A program made the translations under genes and the position numbers. The notes beneath the pieces were generated by a model. That model worked only from the letters and a program-made list of their open reading frames with translations. It was not told the origin of the DNA and searched no databases. DNA of 64,000 bases from Erysipelotrichaceae bacterium (lineage in GTDB: Bacteria > Bacillota_I > Bacilli_A > Erysipelotrichales > Erysipelotrichaceae): positions 55,840-119,839 of the forward strand of contig JAFRQF010000018.1 in the NCBI GenBank assembly GCA_017428765.1. The letters run 5' to 3'. Within the stretch, counting starts at the first letter, position 1; each line of letters starts with the position of its first letter. Positions 1 to 8,183 of this stretch are shown piece after piece.

Positions 1-1062
1 GTCATAGGTGTTCCAAACCTCTCCTTAAGAGGGCTTGAGCCGATCTCGGTCGGTGTCATCATCTCCTTCCTCGCGCTGTCAAGGCAGCTGTCGCAGACCG
101 TTTCCCAAATCTCCATGCAGGTATCCACCGTCGCCATGGCTCTGGCGGGAAGCGACCGTGTCTTCGCCCTGATCGATGAAAAATCAGAAGAAGATAACGG
201 CTATGTCACCCTGGTCAATGCCTATAAGGATGAAAACGGCGAGATCCATGAATGCAAGGAAAAGACCGGCTTATGGGCATGGAAACACTACCACGCCCAA
301 TCCGATCATTCCACGACCTATGTCGAACTCAAGGGCGACATCCAGATGGTCGATGTCGACTTCGCTTACGAAGAAAACAAACAGGTCCTCTATGATGTCT
401 CACTGTATGCCCATCCGGGCCAGAAGATCGCTTTCGTCGGTGCTACCGGTGCGGGCAAGACGACGATCACCAATCTGATCAACCGCTTCTACGACATACC
501 GGATGGCAAGATCCGCTATGACGGTATCAACATCAACAAGATCAAGAAAGCCGACTTAAGAAGATCGCTTGGCATGGTCTTGCAGGATGTCAATCTGTTT
601 ACCGGAACGGTCATGGACAATATCCGCTATGGCAAACTGGATGCCACGGATGAAGAATGTATCGAAGCTGCCAAACTGGCGAATGCCGATGACTTCATCA
701 CGAGACTTCCGCAGGGTTATCAGACGATGCTGACCGGAAACGGTTCACAGCTGTCGCAAGGCCAAAGACAGCTCATCTCGATCGCCAGGGCGGCCGTTGC
801 CGATCCGCCGGTCATGATCCTGGATGAAGCGACGTCTTCCATCGATACCCGTACGGAAGCGCTGGTGCAGAAGGGCATGGACAACCTGATGAAGGGAAGG
901 ACGGTATTTGTCATTGCCCACCGTCTGTCCACCGTACGAAATTCCGATGCGATCATGGTGCTCGATCACGGACGCATCATCGAACGCGGTACCCATGATC
1001 AGTTGCTGGATCTGAAAGGCACATATTATCAGTTGTATACCGGTGCCTTTGAACTCGAATAG
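1..1062 (+). CDS. ABC exporter, fused permease/ATP-binding protein (5' end lies outside the window)
   Basis: Frame 1 is open from nt 1. Walker A GATGAGKTT, ABC signature LSQGQRQ, Walker B ILDEATSSID and H-loop IAHRL are present. NBD resembles MsbA/type-I exporters. Confidence 0.9.
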   Translation, partial: VIGVPNLSLRGLEPISVGVIISFLALSRQLSQTVSQISMQVSTVAMALAGSDRVFALIDEKSEEDNGYVTLVNAYKDENGEIHECKEKTGLWAWKHYHAQSDHSTTYVELKGDIQMVDVDFAYEENKQVLYDVSLYAHPGQKIAFVGATGAGKTTITNLINRFYDIPDGKIRYDGININKIKKADLRRSLGMVLQDVNLFTGTVMDNIRYGKLDATDEECIEAAKLANADDFITRLPQGYQTMLTGNGSQLSQGQRQLISIARAAVADPPVMILDEATSSIDTRTEALVQKGMDNLMKGRTVFVIAHRLSTVRNSDAIMVLDHGRIIERGTHDQLLDLKGTYYQLYTGAFELE

Positions 1063-1072
1063 AAAATGCGAA

Positions 1073-1092
1073 GCTCCCGAAAGGGAGTTTTC
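1073..1092 (+). terminator. Rho-independent terminator candidate after the ABC gene
   Basis: Stem CTCCC/GGGAG, GAAA loop, followed by TTTT. Confidence 0.55.
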
Positions 1093-1163
1093 GTTATGTG
1101 CGGGATACCTTTGTTTACTATGAGCGGTTTTTTCTGTCAAAATAAGAAATGGAGGATCTGACT

Positions 1164-1421
1164 ATGGAAGAAAACAAAAAGATCGAACTCCCCGATGAGC
1201 TCCTGCAGGCGATATCCGGCGGAAAGCTGAAAGACGGCTGGAAATTCATCGTCAAGACTTCCGTCCTCACCTATCGCAACTACATGAACAGGCACAAGGA
1301 ACAGGTGACACTGGAAGATGTACTGGCTGAAATGGATGCTGTCATGAATGATGTCTCTGACGGTGATCCTGAGGACAGAAAGATCCTGGAAGAATACATC
1401 AGGGAGATCTGGAAGAGTTAA
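1164..1421 (+). CDS. Small protein with a double-glycine (GG) type leader and an acidic helical C-terminal part
   Basis: GGAGG lies 8 nt upstream of the ATG at 1164. The N-terminus MEENKKIELPDELLQAISGG|K fits the GG-leader pattern (Leu -12, Leu -7, Ile -4, GG -2/-1). Confidence 0.6.
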   Translation: MEENKKIELPDELLQAISGGKLKDGWKFIVKTSVLTYRNYMNRHKEQVTLEDVLAEMDAVMNDVSDGDPEDRKILEEYIREIWKS

Positions 1422-1426
1422 GCAGA

Positions 1427-2848
1427 ATGAATAAAAACAAGACGGCATCAAATAAGAATATGAAAAGGATCATCCTTGTGGCATTGATCGGCGCAGCATT
1501 GCTGCTAAGTTTTCTTATGCCCTATGCCGTCTTTGACAGAGACAAAGTCATCCTGGAAAAGGGTCAGCAGTATAAGGCGATGGACCTGATCAAGAGGTCC
1601 AATGGCGAAGTCATCCCGGAGGCGGAATATATCGATACGAGTGAAGTCGGCTTTTTTGATTTCACCTATACGCTGAAGCAGTTCTTCTATACAAGAGAGA
1701 CTGTCTTACATTATGAAGTCGTCGATACGACCCCGCCGGACCTTAAGATCATTGCCGATCCGATCCATCTGAAAGCCGATCAATCCTATACGATGGAAGA
1801 CGTATTGAACAACGTTACTTATGACGAAGGAACGATCGAATTTGAAACGGATCTTGATGCCGATTTCCCGGGCACCTATTCGATCAAAGTCACCGCAAAG
1901 GATGATTACGGAAACAAGTCGGAAAAGACATACGGTCTGGTCGTCGATGATACGGAAGCTCCTTTCCTCTTTGTATCCGGTGAATTCATCCGGATCAGGA
2001 AAGGATCGACTTTCAACATCTACGACTACATCGCCTATGGCGACAACGCCGACCGTGACCCGATCTTGGAGATCGACGGCAAAGTCGATACCGACCGCAT
2101 CGGCGAATATCCTCTGAAAGCGTCATTGACCGATAAGGCGGGCAATGTAACGGAATGGGACATCACGGTCAAAGTCGTTAACAAGTTCCCGCAAAACGAT
2201 GACGAGGAGGAAGGCGAAGAGCCGATCGAGTTCAAAGACTTCGTCAAAGAATACAAAAAAGAAGGAAGACGCTTCGGCATAGATGTTTCCGAATGGCAGG
2301 GACAGATCGATTATGAAACTCTGAAGAAGGCAGGATGTGAATTCGTCATGATGCGCATCGGCTTTTCAAGAAACGGCGTCCTGTATCTCGATGACAGTTT
2401 CAAAGAAAACCTGGCCGGGGCAAAGAGCGTCGGCATGCCGATAGGCGTCTACTACTATTCCAACGACAAAAGCGAAGAGGAAGTAAAAAGCGTCCTGCGG
2501 CAGATCATCGCCGAGCTTGGCGATACCCACCTGGAACTTCCGATCGTGTTCGACTGGGAGAATTTCACTTACTTCAATGATTACGGGATCAGCTTCAAAG
2601 ACCTCGATCATCTCTACAACATCTTTGAAGAAGAAGCAAGAAAACAGGGCTACGATACGATGTTGTATGGCAGCAAGTATTACCTGGAAAACATCTGGCG
2701 CCGCACGGACGAAAGAAAGATCTGGCTCGCCCACTACACCGATTGGTCGAGCTACGAAGGAGACTATGTGATGTGGCAGACCTGCGCCTGGGGAAGGGTC
2801 GACGGAGTAGATGCGGATGTCGATCTCGATATCTGGTTCACGGAATAA
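1427..2848 (+). CDS. Membrane-anchored GH25 muramidase (lysozyme) with Ig-like (DUF5011-type) domains
   Basis: N-terminal TM helix. Two 'DTTPP/DDTEAP'-initiated Ig-like modules. C-terminal GH25 pattern FGIDVSEWQG...MMRIG...DVDLDIW. Confidence 0.85.
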   Translation: MNKNKTASNKNMKRIILVALIGAALLLSFLMPYAVFDRDKVILEKGQQYKAMDLIKRSNGEVIPEAEYIDTSEVGFFDFTYTLKQFFYTRETVLHYEVVDTTPPDLKIIADPIHLKADQSYTMEDVLNNVTYDEGTIEFETDLDADFPGTYSIKVTAKDDYGNKSEKTYGLVVDDTEAPFLFVSGEFIRIRKGSTFNIYDYIAYGDNADRDPILEIDGKVDTDRIGEYPLKASLTDKAGNVTEWDITVKVVNKFPQNDDEEEGEEPIEFKDFVKEYKKEGRRFGIDVSEWQGQIDYETLKKAGCEFVMMRIGFSRNGVLYLDDSFKENLAGAKSVGMPIGVYYYSNDKSEEEVKSVLRQIIAELGDTHLELPIVFDWENFTYFNDYGISFKDLDHLYNIFEEEARKQGYDTMLYGSKYYLENIWRRTDERKIWLAHYTDWSSYEGDYVMWQTCAWGRVDGVDADVDLDIWFTE

Positions 2849-2853
2849 AACAA

Positions 2854-2887
2854 GGGTCATGACAGCAAAATGTCATGACCCTTTTGT
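2854..2887. terminator. Strong hairpin terminator, probably bidirectional
   Basis: GGGTCATGAC / GTCATGACCC 10-bp stem with an 8-nt loop. T-rich on the plus side and A-rich upstream, giving a T-run on the minus strand. Lies at the junction between host-like DNA and the AT-rich island. Confidence 0.7.
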
Positions 2888-3039
2888 GTCCTCAGAGCCT
2901 ATAAACGAAACGATAATAAGGAAGTCACACTTAATCAGGAACAATAAATAATTTACGAAGACTTGTTAATTTTTCCTATAAACTATTAAACCATATGAAT
3001 TCATCATCACTATTTAAAATCGATTTGAATTAGTTCTGT

Positions 3040-3354
3040 TTATTTCGTGTCATCAAATAATAAATCCATGTTGTTGTATATACTTACGCCAAAGAGCTTT
3101 TGCAGTTTTTTGTTCAGGTGTAGAATTTCATCTGGTGTTAGATGCTCATTTAGATCTATCAGGAGCTTTTCATATATCTCATAAATTGTATCGTAACTGC
3201 TGAGCAGATCAAGAAGTAATTCAACGCTTTCTCTTGTGCGAGGCAGCATTTCGAGTCTTTTTTGAAACTCATGCCAAGAATTCGGGTCTAGTTCTGCCCT
3301 GTCTTCGTATTCAGAAAGCATCTCACCAAACGATTTTTTATCGTTTTTGTTCAT
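3040..3354 (-). CDS. Hypothetical small acidic, predicted all-helical protein (last gene of the island operon)
   Basis: 104-aa ORF in AT-rich DNA, co-directional with and 37 nt downstream of the preceding gene. No motif recognised. Confidence 0.6.
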   Translation of the reverse strand: MNKNDKKSFGEMLSEYEDRAELDPNSWHEFQKRLEMLPRTRESVELLLDLLSSYDTIYEIYEKLLIDLNEHLTPDEILHLNKKLQKLFGVSIYNNMDLLFDDTK

Positions 3355-3391
3355 CTATTTTTTGGCTTTTTGTTACTGTCTTGTTGGTTGA

Positions 3392-3874
3392 TCAATCAAA
3401 TATGCTGATTATGATTTCACCAGCAGCGGTGGTGATTGTGTAAGCTGCGGGGGCACACGCGAGGAGAACGCCTATAAACCAGAACACTGCAATGAAGGGT
3501 ATCAATTTGCTTAAGAACCCTACCGCAAAGAAAAGGATAACGCTGATTATGGTGCAGAGCGATACCCACAGAATGTTTTTGAAAACACATTCCAATATGT
3601 TGCGGTATTCATCGACCATGGCTATACATATAATGACTGAAGATAAGAAGTCAATGAATAACATGACCGGCACTCCGAAAAGAACAAAGATGTTGTAGGC
3701 AAAGTCCACAATATCATCGTACTGAGCAGATTTTCCATAGGGGAACCAGTAAGCCATTCCATCTGGATCGATTTTGTAAAGCACCAAGAACAGTATTATG
3801 GGAATTGCCGCCATAACAAAGCTGATAAAATACATTAACGTTTTGTTGTCTGATAGTTTTTGATTCTTTTTCAT
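3392..3874 (-). CDS. Hypothetical polytopic membrane protein (about 4 TM)
   Basis: 160 aa with four long hydrophobic segments. Member of the island operon. Confidence 0.7.
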   Translation of the reverse strand: MKKNQKLSDNKTLMYFISFVMAAIPIILFLVLYKIDPDGMAYWFPYGKSAQYDDIVDFAYNIFVLFGVPVMLFIDFLSSVIICIAMVDEYRNILECVFKNILWVSLCTIISVILFFAVGFLSKLIPFIAVFWFIGVLLACAPAAYTITTAAGEIIISIFD

Positions 3875-3947
3875 TTGAGTTATTCCTTTCTTTTGTTAAT
3901 ACTGATAAGTTTTTGTGTACAGTTAAGACTTTGTAATCTGTTCTTCT

Positions 3948-4910
3948 TTAATGGATCCCAGATATCGTTTCGATTTCAAAATCTTCAGGATCAAGATATT
4001 CATTGTCTTCTGTCAGCTCAAAATCGATCAGATTATTAGAAATCAAGATCTTGAAGAATTCTTTGAGTTTACGCCTTTCTGTTTCGTTTCTATGAAAAAT
4101 CAATTCTCCCCTTTCGTATTCGATGCAATTCTCTACGATATCGAGTATGGGAATCTTTATATTCATGCTGCTTGCTGCACTGATCCTGTATAACCGAGAT
4201 TCATCGAAATCCAAACTTTCCTCAACAAAATTACAGACAGCATTTTTGATGTCGTTGTTTTTCCTCGTATCTTCTCTTAAGATTTCAATCTTTTCTTTTG
4301 TCGTCTTATCGTTAATGGGCAATTTGGTAGCCTCGTCAAAGTATATTCTGAGAAACTTTCTAGTCCTATCTCCCTCGTTTTGAAACGGCGTTCCGTCGCT
4401 ATAACCTTTCATTGATTCGTTGATGAAGTAACTGTAATACTTGTATAGCTGATCGTTGATGAATCTGATTGCGCTGTCAACTATCTGTTCGGTCAGATAC
4501 TCCTTGATAGCGAAGGAAAAGCAGAATTCAACTCTTCCGATATTGAAACGGCCATGATCGACATCTCTCTGCGTGATTCTGTTTTTTCCGGCACAGCAAA
4601 TCGGCTCAAAAATGAAACCTGATGTTTTATCCCTTTCTTCTTTCGCGATCGCTTTCGCAAGACGAGATACAGCTTTTACATTACCGGGATATATGGTACA
4701 TATCCTTGTTTCTGAAAAAAGTACAAGCTGCTTTTTTACAAGCTTGAAGTAAAACCTTACATCAAAATAGTCAGGGCCAATCCTTGCATTCAAAGTTTTG
4801 CTTTTGCTTTTTGAATCACATAACGGCTGGATGCAAATATCTTTGATATCATTTCTATTTAAAAGACAGATATGAAGAACGTTCAACGATTCTAATAATT
4901 TAGCATTCAT
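3948..4910 (-). CDS. Hypothetical cytoplasmic protein, no recognisable motif
   Basis: 320-aa ORF in AT-rich DNA, where long ORFs are unlikely by chance. Its start lies 3 nt downstream of the upstream gene's end (4914). Confidence 0.75.
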   Translation of the reverse strand: MNAKLLESLNVLHICLLNRNDIKDICIQPLCDSKSKSKTLNARIGPDYFDVRFYFKLVKKQLVLFSETRICTIYPGNVKAVSRLAKAIAKEERDKTSGFIFEPICCAGKNRITQRDVDHGRFNIGRVEFCFSFAIKEYLTEQIVDSAIRFINDQLYKYYSYFINESMKGYSDGTPFQNEGDRTRKFLRIYFDEATKLPINDKTTKEKIEILREDTRKNNDIKNAVCNFVEESLDFDESRLYRISAASSMNIKIPILDIVENCIEYERGELIFHRNETERRKLKEFFKILISNNLIDFELTEDNEYLDPEDFEIETISGIH

Positions 4911-4913
4911 AAT

Positions 4914-5750
4914 TTAATTACCTTTCTTTAGATTTACACAGATCATCTTGGCCTTCTTTTCGAGAACCAAGAAAACAAGGAACAGCGCAAAAGGAACTTT
5001 GTAAAAACAGAACAAGAGTCTGGAAACAACATCTACAAAGAACTTATCATAGAGCGTTGTTACGACCGTCAAAAGAATCGAGAGCAGTTCTCCGGATAAA
5101 AGAGAGATATAGTAATTCAAGTTATCGATATCAATGAACCGGGCAAGAACAAGAGCTGTAAGAATGATGGTTTCTGCAAAGCACGAAACATCATGAAAGT
5201 AGAAAACACGGTCAGGCAGACTACAAATGTAGATGCCTAAAAGGAAAGATAATGAGCCGTAGAAAGAGAAATGCTTTCCATTTTTATACGCAATTCCGGC
5301 AACGCAAAGAGGCAGTGCTTTGAATAATGCAAACATGTTGGAAGATTGGAACAAATAATATTGGAACTCGATATTGTACTTAAGGCAGTGATAAAGATCT
5401 GAGATAAAATGTGACCCTAAAATAGCAACGCCGGCTAGCAATAGTGCGATGGAACCAGCTAAATGGTAGATTTTTGCCATGCGCTCACTGACCACAAGAG
5501 TTGTAAAATTCTTTTGGTTCATTTCCAGAATTCTGTCTGAAATCAAGGTGTCATGAAGACGTAAAGCTCTTTTGTGGCAAACGCCCAGCCCCCTCATCAA
5601 AGGCACTACAGAATACTTTCCGTGATCCCTGATGATGTATCTTGCATCTTCATAAAACGGATCAACATCCATTTCCGTATCGTCCCGGAACAGGTTCTTA
5701 ATCGAATGTATAATCTTTATGAGTGATCTATAGATACTTTTAATAGTCAT
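4914..5750 (-). CDS. Membrane protein with an N-terminal FtsK-gamma-like winged-helix domain and about 5-6 TM helices
   Basis: aa ~29-77 DPFYEDARYIIRDHGKYSVVPLMRGLGVCHKRALRLHDTLISDRILE aligns by eye with the FtsK gamma pattern D.LY..A...V...GK.S.S.LQR.L.IGY.RA.RL.D.LE..GI. The remainder is hydrophobic. Confidence 0.65.
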   Translation of the reverse strand: MTIKSIYRSLIKIIHSIKNLFRDDTEMDVDPFYEDARYIIRDHGKYSVVPLMRGLGVCHKRALRLHDTLISDRILEMNQKNFTTLVVSERMAKIYHLAGSIALLLAGVAILGSHFISDLYHCLKYNIEFQYYLFQSSNMFALFKALPLCVAGIAYKNGKHFSFYGSLSFLLGIYICSLPDRVFYFHDVSCFAETIILTALVLARFIDIDNLNYYISLLSGELLSILLTVVTTLYDKFFVDVVSRLLFCFYKVPFALFLVFLVLEKKAKMICVNLKKGN

Positions 5751-5785
5751 TTTTTCTCCTTTTATTAATCTTTATAGATTTTGTG

Positions 5786-7081
5786 CTATTGCCTAGGAAC
5801 GCTAACCAAAAACTTTGGTTCAAGCAGCTCCAATCTGACTTCAGAAAGATCGATGGCTGCGCGTTGTCCTTCTTCATTTTCCGAGATAATATAAGCTTTT
5901 TTAATTCTTTGTTTGGCAAAGTTTTTTATTTCGGTGTAACTTTTGCCTTCGTAGTCGATAGAAATTGAGATTCTTTTCTCCTCCCTATCACATTTCACAT
6001 CTGCTGAATCAACATTCGTTTCAAAGGTCTCGCCTTTATTTGTGTAACAGCCAAAAGATTTGATCAAATATCTGTTCAGAAAAACATTTGGCAAGGCAGC
6101 ATGGCAGATGATCTTTGCATAGCACATAAACTCCATCTGGAATAAACTGTGTAAAAGAATTATTGGATCCATGAAATACCTAAGTCTGTAAACACCATAT
6201 GTGCATTCTTTTAGATAATCATCTGTATTCAAGATTTCTTCCTTAAGCACTTTGAGCTGGGTATCTTTTTCCCAGTGTTTCAAAGGATCCGAGTGCTGCA
6301 TCGCTTTGTACCAAAGATATTTTTCAAACCCAGCACTATTTTCGTAGCTGCGTTTGATTCTCTTTTGAACATTCGAATAGTAAAGCTGATCATTTTCAAA
6401 TCTGTTTATTCTTACCGGAAGATTTGCAAGAAGTAACAGCACACTTGGGCAATTGTATTTACCTTCATTCTTACTGGAGATCAAGTTGGATACACAGCAC
6501 GAGTACAGATAATTTTCATTTTTCCTAGAGACAAACGAACCGCCACGAACCGCAAAAACGTATCCTATAAAATCCGCACAGACCATTTGTAAACGTCTTA
6601 TATGCAGATTTGTGATGAGCTGTCGGATCAGTGTGTTTGTAAATCCTTCATCAACGTCGTAATCCATTACTTCTAAAAGAAAAGCGTTATAGAGATGAAG
6701 AGAAAATCGGATGACATTTGGATCATTCGAACGGACGAGATCCAGGATAAAATCCTGAATCTCAGAAATCCGTTTTTGAAGAAAACCATTTCTCTTGTCT
6801 TTGTTTTTTGAAAAAATCAAAAAGATGACAAACCTAGCGATTTCATGAATTTCTTCAGAATATTTTTCGGATAATGAGATGCCACGAAAAACCAGAGACG
6901 AGATCGCTTGCCTTTCTAAATCTTCTTTTCCGTGTGTCTCTTTCCCTTTCTTTTTCAAAGAGCATTGAACATCAATTAATAAATCTCTTGAAAGGCCGTG
7001 CTCATAAGTGATTCTTTTTAAATAAGCTTGATAATTCATAACCGTTCTATCAACGAGCTTATAGCGATGGCTTTTATTCAT
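5786..7081 (-). CDS. Hypothetical cytoplasmic protein, no recognisable motif
   Basis: 431-aa ORF in AT-rich DNA. Overlaps the upstream gene by 8 nt (7074-7081). Confidence 0.75.
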   Translation of the reverse strand: MNKSHRYKLVDRTVMNYQAYLKRITYEHGLSRDLLIDVQCSLKKKGKETHGKEDLERQAISSLVFRGISLSEKYSEEIHEIARFVIFLIFSKNKDKRNGFLQKRISEIQDFILDLVRSNDPNVIRFSLHLYNAFLLEVMDYDVDEGFTNTLIRQLITNLHIRRLQMVCADFIGYVFAVRGGSFVSRKNENYLYSCCVSNLISSKNEGKYNCPSVLLLLANLPVRINRFENDQLYYSNVQKRIKRSYENSAGFEKYLWYKAMQHSDPLKHWEKDTQLKVLKEEILNTDDYLKECTYGVYRLRYFMDPIILLHSLFQMEFMCYAKIICHAALPNVFLNRYLIKSFGCYTNKGETFETNVDSADVKCDREEKRISISIDYEGKSYTEIKNFAKQRIKKAYIISENEEGQRAAIDLSEVRLELLEPKFLVSVPRQ

Positions 7082-8183
7082 CTTTTTCCTCCTCGTATCT
7101 CAGATACATGTCAACAAACTCTGACGAACAGAAGTGTTTACATGTATCATGACGTTGCTTTTCGGTTTGATATCTTTCATCGAACGAGCAGTAATTTTCT
7201 TCATAAAAGGCGCAATAGCAGCAATCCGCTGGGAGAATCATTGTGTTTTTGTTTTCTCCTGCGCACAACGCTTTACGCAGCCGCTGTTCCTGCGGTGTTT
7301 GATTCAGACATTCCCTGATTGTCATATCTTCATAAAACCTTGCGCCACATACTAATCTGATAGCCCTGTCTTTACTGATCTTATAGACCTTTTCTAGTAG
7401 GCCGGCAGGATTTTGATTAACTCTTTTTGCAAACCACCATGCTTTATCGAATAAAGGATCACAGACTATAGTGGATTCCAGATCAGATATGCTGATTTCG
7501 TAATCATCATCAGATGGTTCTTTAGGATCCCACATAATACTCTTCAGTAATAAACATAGATGAAACATGTTCCCGGCTTCTTCGACATTGTTCATATCGA
7601 ATCCTGAGAGGTCGATTGCTCTAAGCTTTTTGCACCCTTCAAACAAAGAGGTCATGATCTTAACGTTAAAAGCGTTGCGTGGCAGGATTAAGTCAGAAAG
7701 ATGTATGCAGCCTGCGAATAGAAAGCTAATATCTTCCTGTTCGCTTATATCTAATCCGGACAAGTTGATCATTTTGTATGACTTTTTTCTCGAATCCCTT
7801 AAATGCAAGCCGGCAGCAGTATCTTCATAAGTAAGGAGCTTTAGGATATCGCGAGGTGGCTTGATTTTCTGAAACGGTGTATCTGCGGTTACATACACAT
7901 CAATTAAAGAATCTGAAGCGAACGAGATATAACATTTGATTTCTCCGGAAAGAAAATCGCCTATGTCTTCGATCATCAGATCATATGACTCGCTATAAGG
8001 CTGATCTGCTATTGTCAGATTTATGAAATAGTCATCTATGCAAATAGCTTGATCTTCTCTTTGAAGCTCTCTTTGAATCGCTGCTTCAAGATAGTATTGA
8101 AAAGAAAGAGAGATCCTGAAGTTTACCTTTCTTTTTTCATTGAGATCATCTAAATACTCATTCATATCTTTCAATTCCTTCAT
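7074..8183 (-). CDS. Cytoplasmic DUF285/BspA-type leucine-rich-repeat protein with a Cys-rich C-terminal tail
   Basis: Three repeats of the DUF285 type (e.g. DLSGFDMNNVEEAGNMFHLCLLLKSI). No signal peptide. Seven Cys between aa 307 and 352 (C-x13-CC-x-C-x7-C-x15-C-x3-C). The start may be the Met at 8165 (ATGAATGA overlap with the upstream stop). Confidence 0.7.
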   Translation of the reverse strand: MKELKDMNEYLDDLNEKRKVNFRISLSFQYYLEAAIQRELQREDQAICIDDYFINLTIADQPYSESYDLMIEDIGDFLSGEIKCYISFASDSLIDVYVTADTPFQKIKPPRDILKLLTYEDTAAGLHLRDSRKKSYKMINLSGLDISEQEDISFLFAGCIHLSDLILPRNAFNVKIMTSLFEGCKKLRAIDLSGFDMNNVEEAGNMFHLCLLLKSIMWDPKEPSDDDYEISISDLESTIVCDPLFDKAWWFAKRVNQNPAGLLEKVYKISKDRAIRLVCGARFYEDMTIRECLNQTPQEQRLRKALCAGENKNTMILPADCCYCAFYEENYCSFDERYQTEKQRHDTCKHFCSSEFVDMYLRYEEEKDE

